64,000 bases of DNA, taken from the NCBI GenBank assembly GCA_016188775.1, contig JACPHC010000004.1, positions 12,704 to 76,703 of the forward strand, in the 5' to 3' direction. The position numbers were made by a program, and so were the translations under genes. Source of the stretch: Parcubacteria group bacterium (lineage in GTDB: Bacteria > Patescibacteriota > Minisyncoccia > JACPHC01). Numbering within the stretch: position 1 is the stretch's first letter; each line of letters opens with the position of its first letter. The notes beneath the pieces are model-generated. The model did no database searches. It worked only from the letters and a program-made list of their open reading frames with translations, and was not told where the DNA came from. Of the stretch, positions 24,529 to 34,069 are shown piece by piece.

Positions 24529-26031
24529 ATGTTCCGCCGATTCACCGATCAATTTATTTTCGTCATCATCATCAATGTTGTTATTTTCGTTATTTTAGGC
24601 GGCTACGCTCTTTGGTCGCTCAATTCCTTAAAAAACATCAATCAACGCTCAAAATTAATTTCCGGAACGCTCATCCTGAATGTCATAAAATTTAAAAATT
24701 ATTTTGATAATAATTATGTTGACTCGATTTCACTGGAACAAAATTTAATCTCATCCGATATTTTCAAAAAAGATTTTAGCGAACGCGTTTCTAAAAAAGA
24801 GGAAATTATCTCTGCCTTAAGTTTTTTTCCGGGAGATTTTAAAAAAGGCGGAGGTATCAGCGCGGAGGAACATAATTTTGCCAAAAATCTTGAAACTCAA
24901 TTGATCGATTTGACCGTCAGTTCCCGAGATCAAGACTCTTCTCTGGAAAATCTGATTAAGCTAAAAGAAACGGGAAGCGATATCAAATCCGGACTTCAAG
25001 AAATTGGAGAAAAAACCAAAAATACGGATAAACTTTTAAGTCAAATACTTTTGGCCGTCGGATCATTGGAAGGAATAAATTTTGATCATTTTCAAAACGC
25101 TCAAAACAAATCAGCCAAAAATATCTTTATCATTTTAACGGTTTTCAGTTTTATCTCCATCGGCATAATGATAGCAACCGTTTTGACGATAGCGTCCGGC
25201 CTAAACGCTATCCTGGAAGGCATTAAAAAATTTTCCAAAAACGAGTATAATTATCGCATACCTTTAAAATCCCAAAATGAACTCGGCCTGATTGCCAATT
25301 ATTTAAACACGGCCATTATCAATATTGAAAAAATGGATGAGCTGAAAACAAGCTTCATCTCCATCGCTTCGCATCAAATCAGAACGCCTTTGGCGGCCAC
25401 CCGCTGGTTTTCCGAAATGCTTCTTTCCGGAGACGCCGGTCCGCTCAACCAATTCCAAAAAGAATTCGCCGAAGAGCTTCATAACGGCATTTTGCGAATA
25501 TCCGAAATCGTCAACACTCTTTTGGCTCTTTCTCGAATCGAGGCTGGAAAACTGGTAATGCAACCGGTTTCCACCGATGTTATTTTGCTGACGGAAAATA
25601 TTGTCGCCAGTTTTGCTCCTCAACTCCAAACAAAAGAGCTTAAAATAGAGTTTTTGCCCGCGCCACCCATTCCAGTTATTCAAATAGATCCGAATCTGCT
25701 CCGCGAGGCCGTCAGCAATTTAATCGCCAATTCTATACAATACACCGAAGCCGGTGGTATAATAAAAGTAAAGGTGAGTAAGTTAGGCAACGATATTCAA
25801 TATTCGGTTGAAGATAACGGCATTGGAATTCCGGAAAACCAAAAATCGCAATTATTTGAAAAATTTTTCAGAGCGGATAACGCGCGGCTGAAAGTTCCGG
25901 ACGGACTGGGTCTGGGACTAAATTTAATAAAACGCTTGATTGAACTTTGGGGCGGCAAAATCTGGTTTGAATCCGAAGTGGGCAAAGGAACGACTTTTTA
26001 CTTCACTATTCCTTATATTAAGGAAATATAA
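24529..26031 (+). CDS. sensor histidine kinase (TM, HAMP-like, HisKA, HATPase_c)
   Basis: H-box SIASHQIRTPL. G-boxes GIGIPENQ and GLGLGLNLIKRLIELWGGKIWFESEVGKGTTFYFTIP. Confidence 0.85.
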   Translation: MFRRFTDQFIFVIIINVVIFVILGGYALWSLNSLKNINQRSKLISGTLILNVIKFKNYFDNNYVDSISLEQNLISSDIFKKDFSERVSKKEEIISALSFFPGDFKKGGGISAEEHNFAKNLETQLIDLTVSSRDQDSSLENLIKLKETGSDIKSGLQEIGEKTKNTDKLLSQILLAVGSLEGINFDHFQNAQNKSAKNIFIILTVFSFISIGIMIATVLTIASGLNAILEGIKKFSKNEYNYRIPLKSQNELGLIANYLNTAIINIEKMDELKTSFISIASHQIRTPLAATRWFSEMLLSGDAGPLNQFQKEFAEELHNGILRISEIVNTLLALSRIEAGKLVMQPVSTDVILLTENIVASFAPQLQTKELKIEFLPAPPIPVIQIDPNLLREAVSNLIANSIQYTEAGGIIKVKVSKLGNDIQYSVEDNGIGIPENQKSQLFEKFFRADNARLKVPDGLGLGLNLIKRLIELWGGKIWFESEVGKGTTFYFTIPYIKEI

Positions 26032-26044
26032 AAATTGCAGGTTT

Positions 26045-26425
26045 ATGGACGCTAAAAATAAAAAAATCCTTGTTGTTGAAGACGACCGAGCCACGCTCGC
26101 CGCGCTTTCTTTCAAATTACAAGTCAAAAACATCAAGGCCGACACGGCCAAAGACGGCCAAGAAGCAATAGAAAAAATAAAAAACGCCGCCTATGACGTA
26201 ATTTTACTGGATATTCTCCTGCCAAAAATCAACGGCTTCACGGTATTGGAAGAAATCAGAAAAAAATATCCTTCGGCTCAAACAAAAGTATATATGATTT
26301 CCAATCTGGGACAGGCCGAAGAAGTTTCCAAGGCGATGAGTCTGGGCGCGGACGGCTATATTGTCAAAGCCGAAACCTCGCTTGACGGCATTGTCCAAAA
26401 AGTTACGGAAATTACTGGCAACTAA
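26045..26425 (+). CDS. stand-alone response regulator receiver (REC) domain protein
   Basis: KILVVEDD...DVILLDILLP...K motif pattern. The start is chosen at MDAKNKK (26045) rather than the track start 25940, which overlaps the kinase. Confidence 0.75.
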   Translation: MDAKNKKILVVEDDRATLAALSFKLQVKNIKADTAKDGQEAIEKIKNAAYDVILLDILLPKINGFTVLEEIRKKYPSAQTKVYMISNLGQAEEVSKAMSLGADGYIVKAETSLDGIVQKVTEITGN

Positions 26426-26446
26426 AATTAAATTGATAAAATTAAA

Positions 26447-26478
26447 TAAAAAAAACTCCTTAAATGGAGTTTTTTTAA
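26447..26478. terminator. bidirectional intrinsic terminator (A-run, AACTCC-TTAAAT-GGAGTT, T-run) between convergent genes
   Basis: Stem-loop flanked by A-runs and T-runs, read directly. Confidence 0.5.
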
Positions 26479-26483
26479 AATTT

Positions 26484-28316
26484 TTAAGATTGGCGATTTA
26501 TGATTTCGTTTATTTCATCTTTTTCTAAAGTTTCTTTCTCAATCAGTTTTTCGGCCAGACTCGCCAAAATTATCGATTTTCTTTTTAAAATTTCTTTCGC
26601 GTTTTTATAGCAAGCGTCAATCAGAATTTTCACTTCTTGATCGATCATTCTCGCGGTTTCTTCGGAATAATCTTTCGTTTGAGCGATGTCTCTCCCCAAA
26701 AAAACTTCGCTTTTGCCCTGTTCATAAAAAATCGTCCCTAAATTTTCGCTCATTCCCCATTCCGCTATCATTTTTCTCGCCAGTTCGAAGGCTTTTTTAA
26801 AATCGTCTCTCGCGCCATTGGTAATTCCAAGCCCCAGCATCTTTTCGGCGATTCGGCCGCCGAGAAAAATAGAAATCTCCGCTTTAAGATAATCTTCAAA
26901 ATAAAGATGCCTGTCGTCTTCCGGCAAAGAATGAGTGGCGCCAAGCGAGTACCCGCGAGGAATAATGGTAACTTTATTTATTTCATCGGCGTTGGGCAAA
27001 GATTTCGCGACTAAAGTATGCCCGGCTTCGTGCCAAGCGACCACTTTCTTTTCCTTTTCATTCATAATAATGTTTTGGCTGATACCCATTAAAAGGCGAT
27101 CGATGGCGGCTTCAAAATCCGACTCTTCAACTTTTAATTTATTCATTCTCGCGGCAATTAAAACCGCTTCGTTAGCCAGATTGGCAAGATCGGCGCCAAC
27201 TAAGCCTGGAGTCATTTTAGCTATTTTAGCAAGATTGACATTAGCCGATAAAATAATTGATTTTGTGTGAATTTTTAAAATTTCTTCCCGTTCTTTTATA
27301 TTCGGCCTCGGGATAACAATATGTCTGTCAAAACGGCCGGGCCTTGTCAGGGCCGAGTCTAAAATATCCGGCCTGTTTGTCGCCGCGAAAACTATTATTG
27401 TCTCATGGGAGTCAAATCCGTCCATTTCAATAAGAATCTGATTCAGCGCTTGTTCCCTTTCATCATGCCCGCCTCCAATACCGGCGCCCCGATGCCGGCC
27501 AATCGCGTCAAGCTCGTCTATAAAAACAACGCAGGGGGTTTTTTTCTTCGCCTTTTCGAATAAATCCCGAACTCGCGCCGCTCCAACGCCCACATACATT
27601 TCCACGAACGCGGAACCCGATTCGGAAAAAAACGGAACACCCGCTTCTCCGGCAACGGCTTTGGCAAGAAGAGTTTTTCCCGTTCCCGGAGGCCCGATAA
27701 AAAGAAGCCCTCGGGGAATTTTCGCGCCAAGTTTTCTGAATTTTTCCGGCTCTTTTAAAAATTCAATAACTTCTTTTACTTCTTCTTTGGCTTTTTCACA
27801 GCCGGCAACATCTTCAAAAGTTATTTTATTTTTTTCAACGGCGGAAATTTCTTTCGCCCTCGCTTTTGTAAAACCGATTTGATTATTTAATCCGCTTTTG
27901 GTTTGTCTTATGAAAAAAATCACGTAAATAGCCGTAACGCCCAAAAGAAAAAGAACAAGCAGGTTTAAAAAAGAAAAAGAGGACGGGGGTATAATTTTCA
28001 ATCCAACCCCGTGATCTTTTAATTTATTCAGAAAATCCATATCGCCGGCCAAAGAAGAAAAAACATCAATCGCGTATAATCTTTGATCTTTCGACATCCA
28101 TTTTAATCTGCCGTCACTTAGCCGCAATTCCGCGTAAGAAACTTGATTCGATTCCACCAATTTAAGAAATGAGGTTATTGTTTGATAAGATGTTTTGTCT
28201 AAATATCCGTTTGTCGCGCCGTTTTCTTTAATTGAAACCGTGTTATTGATAAAAAACACGGCCAAAGAAGCGATAAGAACGCCTATTATTATAAACATTA
28301 TGTTTCGCGGAAACAT
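26484..28316 (-). CDS. ftsH: ATP-dependent zinc metalloprotease FtsH
   Basis: AAA Walker [24 protein letters not shown], zinc motif HEAGHTLV, N-terminal TM. Confidence 0.93.
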   Translation of the reverse strand: MFPRNIMFIIIGVLIASLAVFFINNTVSIKENGATNGYLDKTSYQTITSFLKLVESNQVSYAELRLSDGRLKWMSKDQRLYAIDVFSSLAGDMDFLNKLKDHGVGLKIIPPSSFSFLNLLVLFLLGVTAIYVIFFIRQTKSGLNNQIGFTKARAKEISAVEKNKITFEDVAGCEKAKEEVKEVIEFLKEPEKFRKLGAKIPRGLLFIGPPGTGKTLLAKAVAGEAGVPFFSESGSAFVEMYVGVGAARVRDLFEKAKKKTPCVVFIDELDAIGRHRGAGIGGGHDEREQALNQILIEMDGFDSHETIIVFAATNRPDILDSALTRPGRFDRHIVIPRPNIKEREEILKIHTKSIILSANVNLAKIAKMTPGLVGADLANLANEAVLIAARMNKLKVEESDFEAAIDRLLMGISQNIIMNEKEKKVVAWHEAGHTLVAKSLPNADEINKVTIIPRGYSLGATHSLPEDDRHLYFEDYLKAEISIFLGGRIAEKMLGLGITNGARDDFKKAFELARKMIAEWGMSENLGTIFYEQGKSEVFLGRDIAQTKDYSEETARMIDQEVKILIDACYKNAKEILKRKSIILASLAEKLIEKETLEKDEINEIINRQS

Positions 28317-28497
28317 TTTTTCTCCTTTTAAAAAGAATTTTTCAAGGAACTTGATTTTAAATTATCCCAATTTTTTTGTTTTGTCAAAAGAAAAAAACAC
28401 CTTTAAAAAGTGTCTAATTAAACCGGCGAATAACCGGTTTTTTTAATTAGAAATCACTTCAAATGTCTGCTCAAGCGATTCTTCAGTTACAGCGCGC

Positions 28498-29358
28498 TCA
28501 CTCGTTCCCGGCCCGCCCTATGTAATCTTCAACGGCTGTAAAAAAATCCGTTCCGTAACGAAAATCAAATTTCCCGCTTGCGGTGAAAAGCCCCAGACCC
28601 ACAATCATGACGACGCAAAATACCATCCCAATGATAACTATTTTACGCGCGGGAGATCGCAGAAACTTTTTTCCAATAATCAAGCCGAAAATAAGCGCGA
28701 AAGCTCCGATTAAAGGATTGGCAAACCAGGCAATAGTCCCCATTATTCCAAAAAACAGCGGGCCGAACGCCTGTCTCTTTCTTTCTTTTTCTGATTCCGG
28801 ATCCCAACCGTTTTTTATTCTGCGTTTTTTAATAAACAGCGCGATTGGCAAAACTGCAAGGCCGAATAATCCGTAAACCCCGGCGTTAAAAACAATCCGA
28901 GCGGCGGGCGGAACCGTTTCAAAAAAATCATTAATTATAAAAATTGGTTCTCCGTCTTCAATATTAATCGTGCCGTAAACGGCAACTAGCGCCGCCCCAT
29001 CATTAAAAATTTCCATATTTTTGCAACCGGACGCATCTACCGGCATAGACCATTCGTTATCAGAAAGATAATATTGTTCGCTTAATGGCGCGAAAGAAAT
29101 TTTCGCGCGCGTGGAAACGCCTCTACCTTCCCATTCTTCGGGAGCAAGCGCTATTTCTTTAAGAGAGGTCTTGGAATATCTAACGTTAAACCGTTCACTT
29201 GTTTCAATTTGGCAGTCTGTTTCTTCCCCGAATTCAGTCGGAGAATAAAAAGCAAGATAAATTGCAGGACTCAAAAGCAAAATTAATTCCCCGATTATAA
29301 TCAAAAGATATCGCAATTTTTTATGTCTTTTTAAAAATGAAACCATATACTTATCCAT
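28498..29358 (-). CDS. hypothetical integral membrane protein
   Basis: 286 aa with TM segments at the N-terminus and a C-terminal cluster. No motif recognised. Confidence 0.5.
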   Translation of the reverse strand: MDKYMVSFLKRHKKLRYLLIIIGELILLLSPAIYLAFYSPTEFGEETDCQIETSERFNVRYSKTSLKEIALAPEEWEGRGVSTRAKISFAPLSEQYYLSDNEWSMPVDASGCKNMEIFNDGAALVAVYGTINIEDGEPIFIINDFFETVPPAARIVFNAGVYGLFGLAVLPIALFIKKRRIKNGWDPESEKERKRQAFGPLFFGIMGTIAWFANPLIGAFALIFGLIIGKKFLRSPARKIVIIGMVFCVVMIVGLGLFTASGKFDFRYGTDFFTAVEDYIGRAGNE

Positions 29359-29364
29359 TTAAAT

Positions 29365-31095
29365 TTATTGGCACGAGATCGCATTACAGCGGTCCGTCTC
29401 GGCATTGCTCTTAATAGTGCAATCAAACGCGCATTGCGTTCCAGCATCCCCGCTCGGGCATGAATTATAGCAGGCAACCCTATCGTTATCGTTCTTTTTG
29501 TGGCACTCTTCGCGCTCCACCCAACAGCTTGCCCCTGAAGTTTCCGGAGGCAAAGGCGCCGGAGCTTGAATGCTTCGGCATAAATAATCGGCCCTGGCAG
29601 CGCACAAGCAATCATCTCTTTTTCTTTCGGCGCCACCAATGCAATTATTAAAAGTATTATAATCGCCGTATTCTTCGCCGCCCAGATTATAAGCCCTGTT
29701 GCAAATATCATAAGCGGCGTTATATGCCGCGTAACACGCGTCTTTATCGCCCGCCGCTTTCGGTTTTACTGTAAACGCAATAGTCCGGCAGGCATTCGAC
29801 CCGGCCAAATCGATTGCGCAAACGCTAAATGTCCGCGAACCCTCCGCGCTCGGAGCGCCGGATAAAAGTCCGTTAAGATTCAATGCGATGCTGAACGGCG
29901 GAAATCCTCCCGAACCGAGCTGAAAATGATACGGTGGCTTGCCACCGGTCGGATTGACAGACGCGGCAGGGCATAAGTCGCTCGCCCGCGTTGCCGGCGG
30001 CTGACAAAAAGAATATTCAAATTTTTCGCCAACTTTTCCTTGAAAATTCAAAAGTGGATTAAATTTAATCGGGCCGCCAAGAGTATCCGCGTCCGGCTGT
30101 CCGAGCGAACGAGGCGTCGACTGGTTTTGCGCGGGTACGGTCTGCCGCGCTTGCTGCCGCATCGTTTGTTTTAATTCTTCTGACCGTTTCGCCGCAAGCT
30201 CTTGCGCGAGTTTGCGGTCAAGTTCCTTTTCTTCCGGAGGCTTGGTTTTTTCTTCCAATTCTTTAAAACGCTTTTCTTCTCCCTCGAGAAATTTTTTATA
30301 ATCCGCCGCAAGCCTGTCTTCCATTCGCTGATGTCGGATAGCTTCGATTATCCTTTCCAGCCGCTGGACGGCCGCGGGATTTGAGGCCCACTCTCCTTCA
30401 GGATCATATATTGTATATGCCAGGCTTTCTTTCAGCTTTTTTGCTTTTTCGAGAATAATTTCGCGTTTTACATTATCTTCAAAATCATCCTCAATTTTTT
30501 CAACTTCAATATCAATAATGATGTTCGACCGGTCAGCGGCTTTTGCTAGACGATCAAAGCGGTTCTTGGCAGTCGTAAGTTCTTCAAGCAGCGATCCCGC
30601 GCGAACGGCATCCCCGGCTTTGCGCGCCTCATTGATTGCTTCTCTTAATTCTTTCTTTTTTACCGAAAGCGCGAAAAGATCCTGACGCAAATGCTCCTGG
30701 ACCTTAGGCGCCTCTTCATTGAGTTTTTTATAAAACCGCTGTATTTCCTCGTCCCGCAACCCGCTTAAACGGCGGCCTATGTCACGCACCGCTTCCATCT
30801 GCGACTCTCGCGCAATTTCATATTCTTTAGAGTTATATGCGTCATATCCCTTATCTTTCCTAACCGCTTTTACTTCTTCCGTTCGTTCCTTGAGAAGACT
30901 AAAGGCAAACTCAAGCTTTTTCTTCGTGTCAAAAATCGTGGCGGCCCGAATTTTTTCAGCAAACCGATCAAAAAAATAAAAAAAGTTCAGCGGAGTAATG
31001 CCTGCTCCGGATTCATAGCTGGCGTGATTTTCGGCAATTGCGCTTCCGGGGAAAAAAATGATTACAGCCAAAATTATCCAAAAAATATACTTCAT
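29365..31095 (-). CDS. secreted coiled-coil protein with a putative Ig (He_PIG-like) domain and a Cys-rich C-terminus
   Basis: Signal-like MKYIFWIILAVIIFFPGSAIA. Long charged coiled-coil. GKPPYHFQLGSGGFPPFSIALNLNGLLSGAPSAEG resembles the putative Ig domain. About 20 Cys in the last 150 aa. Confidence 0.55.
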   Translation of the reverse strand: MKYIFWIILAVIIFFPGSAIAENHASYESGAGITPLNFFYFFDRFAEKIRAATIFDTKKKLEFAFSLLKERTEEVKAVRKDKGYDAYNSKEYEIARESQMEAVRDIGRRLSGLRDEEIQRFYKKLNEEAPKVQEHLRQDLFALSVKKKELREAINEARKAGDAVRAGSLLEELTTAKNRFDRLAKAADRSNIIIDIEVEKIEDDFEDNVKREIILEKAKKLKESLAYTIYDPEGEWASNPAAVQRLERIIEAIRHQRMEDRLAADYKKFLEGEEKRFKELEEKTKPPEEKELDRKLAQELAAKRSEELKQTMRQQARQTVPAQNQSTPRSLGQPDADTLGGPIKFNPLLNFQGKVGEKFEYSFCQPPATRASDLCPAASVNPTGGKPPYHFQLGSGGFPPFSIALNLNGLLSGAPSAEGSRTFSVCAIDLAGSNACRTIAFTVKPKAAGDKDACYAAYNAAYDICNRAYNLGGEEYGDYNTFNNCIGGAERKRDDCLCAARADYLCRSIQAPAPLPPETSGASCWVEREECHKKNDNDRVACYNSCPSGDAGTQCAFDCTIKSNAETDRCNAISCQ

Positions 31096-31251
31096 TTCTA
31101 TTTTGAACAGTTTAAACCAAAGTCCAAGAATTACTTAAATTTTATCGCTCAAAAAAAATTAGGTCTATAAAACAATCTGATCGGCTCTAATTTCGGAACA
31201 CCGCTTCCGTTCACTGCTTCCACTACGGGAAACTTCCGTTTCCCGACCCCT

Positions 31252-31270
31252 TCCCAGTTCGAATCTCACC
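31252..31270 (+). other. tRNA 3-prime-end-like fragment (AGTTCGAATCTCACC identical to the T-arm/acceptor of the tRNA-Ser at 35526-35615, opposite orientation)
   Basis: 15-nt exact match read directly. The surrounding sequence does not fold as a full tRNA. Confidence 0.4.
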
Positions 31271-31323
31271 ACTAATCAATAATCCAAATAAATATACTTT
31301 TACAAAGTATATTTATTTGGATT

Positions 31324-31617
31324 GGCGGTGAAATTATATCCTTTGCGCGAACCTTTTTCGAGGGACGATGACCCGACCAGCCGCCCGCCTCCGCTAACGC
31401 TCCGGCGGCAACCTCGCAGAAAAATATCCTCCGCCTTCTTGATTTTGCGCGCGCCCGATTTTTTCTTCTAAAAAGGAAGAGGATATTTTTCTGCTCGGTT
31501 CCGCCCTCCAAGTATTCGGGCGGAGCGGCGGGGCTTCTGCGCTCGGGCGCGGCAGAATTCCCCCCACCCCCCTTCCGCCGCGCCCGAGCTTCCACGGCGA
31601 AAATTTTTTGCGGCTAA
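31324..31617. repeat. GC-rich inverted repeat, left copy (IR-L, ~290 bp with an ~85-bp insertion relative to IR-R)
   Basis: The reverse complement of 31341-31617 aligns near-identically with 33797-34021 (e.g. GGCGCGCGCAAAATCAA..GCGGAGGATATTTTTCTGCGAGGTTGCCGCCGGAGCGTTAGCGGAGGCGGGCGG). Confidence 0.85.
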
Positions 31618-32231
31618 TTGATTTTTACAAAATAACAAAGCCAGTTTGTTTTTCGTTCGTCATCCTCGACATGCGTACTCATTTTTAGCACAGAAAACCC
31701 ATTTTGCTCAAGTAGATTTTTGAACTCATCTTGAGTGTAGAACGAAAAATACCGACTGATTCCGCCATATTTATTTTCGTTTATCATTCCTTCGTCCATT
31801 CCGTTTTTCTCTTTGACCGAGATAAAACCGACGCCGCCGTTTTTGATAATTCGTTTTGTTTCCTGCAAAACTCCAACAACATCTTTTTTGGGTATGTGTA
31901 AAAAACTAGCGGCTGCCCAAAATCCGTCAAATTCTCCGTCTTGGAAAGTGGTTTTGCTAAAATCCATTTTTTGAAATTTTCCTTTTGGCACTCTCTCGCT
32001 TGCCACCCTTAACATTCCTTCGGAAGCGTCTATACCCGTATAATCAAAACCATTTTCCACAAAAACGGCAGCGTCTCGTCCGGCTCCGCAACCGAGGTCA
32101 ATAACTTTTTTTCCGTTAATAATACTTTTGTAAAAATCAAATTCTTCAACCCGAAAATGAGCGAAATGACCTGCGCTATAGTCGGGAGCGATTTTGTCAT
32201 ATGTTTCTGCTGTTTTCTGTTTGATGTCCAT
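31614..32231 (-). CDS. class I SAM-dependent methyltransferase
   Basis: Motif I VIDLGCGAGRDAAVF. 205 aa. Confidence 0.8.
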   Translation of the reverse strand: MDIKQKTAETYDKIAPDYSAGHFAHFRVEEFDFYKSIINGKKVIDLGCGAGRDAAVFVENGFDYTGIDASEGMLRVASERVPKGKFQKMDFSKTTFQDGEFDGFWAAASFLHIPKKDVVGVLQETKRIIKNGGVGFISVKEKNGMDEGMINENKYGGISRYFSFYTQDEFKNLLEQNGFSVLKMSTHVEDDERKTNWLCYFVKIN

Positions 32232-32233
32232 AA

Positions 32234-32509
32234 TTATTTTTCTTTTGTCTCAAATTGTATAATTTGGAAGCCATATTTTTCTACTGCTTCCGGCGACCAA
32301 AAAGTTTGGCCTTTGGTTTTGAGAATATAGGTGGCGATAACTTCAACTTTTCTTCCAGTATATTCTTTTTTGTCTTTGTCCCACTCCTCTAAAACCAAAG
32401 TGTCGCCTTCGTTTACTTCAAAATCTGCAAGACGCAGTTCCAGCTTTTTCTTGCCGGAAATAATTTTCTCAAAATATTCTCGCCAAACTTTTTTACGAAT
32501 TGTTGCCAT
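32234..32509 (-). CDS. DUF3850 / ASCH-like (PUA-fold) small protein
   Basis: VWREYFEKIISGKKKLELRLADFEVNEGDTLVLEEWD...YTGRKVEVIATYI matches the DUF3850 pattern. Confidence 0.5.
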   Translation of the reverse strand: MATIRKKVWREYFEKIISGKKKLELRLADFEVNEGDTLVLEEWDKDKKEYTGRKVEVIATYILKTKGQTFWSPEAVEKYGFQIIQFETKEK

Positions 32510-32511
32510 AG

Positions 32512-33057
32512 TTATTTTACTTCATAATCCCATCCCGGTCTCCATGCCTTAGTTTTTCGCCAATCTTCCGCAAACGCATCTTCCCATGTTTTACCCTTGA
32601 GCAAAACATCAAGCGCGAGTTGCGGGGCTTTATGGGCAACTATGGCAACGCTTTTGCCGTCGTAATTCTGTTTTAGAAAATCGAGAAAGTCAGCAATTCG
32701 TGTTTTTACATCCTCATAACTTTCGCCATCAGGAAATTTTTCGATTATCGCTTTTTCTTGCATTGGTTCAACAATACTCGACGGCTTAGCATTGTATTTG
32801 CCATAGTTGCATTCCCGTAATCTCGCGTCAGGAATAATCGGCACAATTCCCTCAAATGTCAGTTTTGCGGAATCAATGGCTCGCTTCAAATCAGAGCAAA
32901 ATACAATATCAAATTTTTTGTCTTTGATTTTATCTCTCAAATCAATGGATTGTTTTACTCCCAATTCTGAAAGCCCAACATCAAACCAACCGGAGGAAAT
33001 TTCTTTCTCATTATCCGTTGTCGTGCCGTGGACAAAATAAGTAATCTTGATTGCCAT
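32512..33057 (-). CDS. histidine phosphatase superfamily (phosphoglycerate-mutase-like) protein, RHG motif variant VHG
   Basis: YFVHGTTTDNE...GLSELGVKQ...SDLKRAIDSA...IVAHKAP parallels branch-1 histidine phosphatases. Confidence 0.55.
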   Translation of the reverse strand: MAIKITYFVHGTTTDNEKEISSGWFDVGLSELGVKQSIDLRDKIKDKKFDIVFCSDLKRAIDSAKLTFEGIVPIIPDARLRECNYGKYNAKPSSIVEPMQEKAIIEKFPDGESYEDVKTRIADFLDFLKQNYDGKSVAIVAHKAPQLALDVLLKGKTWEDAFAEDWRKTKAWRPGWDYEVK

Positions 33058-33061
33058 AAAT

Positions 33062-33523
33062 TTATTTAATCATCCCGCCGTGTACCAAACAGCGATAAAC
33101 AACTTTTCCACCAAAAGAAATTTCCTCTTTACCGGAAAAATTTGCAAGGTTGCCATCAGCAACAAAACGATACTCTTTGTCGTCGGCGAAAAAGTTGCTT
33201 GGTCCTCGCACTGGAATTACATCATTGTATTCTTGCATGAGTGCTTTTCGGAGGAAATCATATACATCTTTCTCGCTCACTTTTTCATCTAGGACAAAGC
33301 CGAAATAATTTGCACCCCAAATTGGTTTCTCATTTTCGTATACGATTTCCTCGCCGATAAAGTCGCGCCCGCCAAAATAAGTGTCGTGGTAAATTAGCCT
33401 GTCTTTTTCAAAATGATAATCCTCCGATTTTAGACGGGATGGCGCGACTTTTGGAGCGTCTTTATTAGCGTAAGTTGTCTTGTTCATCTCATTAAGAAAC
33501 TTTGTTAGTGTTTGAAGATTCAT
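33062..33523 (-). CDS. conserved hypothetical protein (153 aa)
   Basis: ORF tightly packed in the operon (5-bp gap to the HTH gene). No motif recognised with confidence. Confidence 0.5.
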   Translation of the reverse strand: MNLQTLTKFLNEMNKTTYANKDAPKVAPSRLKSEDYHFEKDRLIYHDTYFGGRDFIGEEIVYENEKPIWGANYFGFVLDEKVSEKDVYDFLRKALMQEYNDVIPVRGPSNFFADDKEYRFVADGNLANFSGKEEISFGGKVVYRCLVHGGMIK

Positions 33524-33528
33524 AAAAT

Positions 33529-33732
33529 TTATTTAATTAAATCCTCAATCGCGACATCAAGGGCTTTCGCAATTTTGCTCACTACAAAGACAGATGGCTT
33601 CTTGATAACACCTGTTTCAATTTTGGTTAGGGTCGTATAAGGTACATCAGCCTTACGAGCAAAATCATCTTGCGAAAGCTCTAATTTCTGTCGCAATTTC
33701 CTTATTTTCTGTCCCAGTTGATTACTTTCCAT
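33529..33732 (-). CDS. XRE-family helix-turn-helix transcriptional regulator
   Basis: LGQKIRKLRQKLELSQDDFARKADVPYTTLTKIETG is a classic Cro/C1 HTH. Confidence 0.85.
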   Translation of the reverse strand: MESNQLGQKIRKLRQKLELSQDDFARKADVPYTTLTKIETGVIKKPSVFVVSKIAKALDVAIEDLIK

Positions 33733-33796
33733 ATATTGATAACATATAACTGTTGCTATATTTCGGAGACAATATTATACTAACAGATATGAGGAC

Positions 33797-34037
33797 TTTC
33801 TTCAATGTAGCCGCAAAAAATTTTCGCCGTGGGAGCGAGGGCGCGGCGGAAGGGGGGTGTGGGGGGAAAAGTTTTCTTTTCCTTTTAGAAGAAAAAATTC
33901 GGCGCGCGCAAAATCAAAAAAGCGGAGGATATTTTTCTGCGAGGTTGCCGCCGGAGCGTTAGCGGAGGCGGGCGGCGGGGCGATTCAGTCCGTTCTTCGT
34001 TCGAAAAAGGTTCGCGCAAAGGTTAATACATCACCGC
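33797..34037. repeat. GC-rich inverted repeat, right copy (IR-R)
   Basis: See IR-L. The outer ends share CCTTTGCGCGAACC / GGTTCGCGCAAAGG. Confidence 0.85.
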
Positions 34038-34069
34038 CTTCGCCTCGCAGTAGCTCGGCTTCGGCGTGA

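Noticed and set aside
25940-26044. N-terminal extension of the response-regulator ORF overlapping the histidine kinase
   Set aside because: The REC domain begins at MDAKNKKILVVEDD. The upstream extension overlaps the kinase C-terminus and has no conserved content.
29331-29711. 126-aa ORF overlapping the 3-prime end of the 29365-31095 gene
   Set aside because: It overlaps a better-supported gene in another frame and has no independent support.
31272-31595. 107-aa ORF inside IR-L, plus the ORFs at 33753-33962 and 33857-34069 inside IR-R, with mirrored RRRIFFCEVAAGALAEAGG peptides
   Set aside because: They lie entirely within the GC-rich inverted repeats and have Arg/Gly/Ala-rich low-complexity translations. 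They resemble each other because of DNA-level inverted duplication. There is no start context and no coding periodicity.
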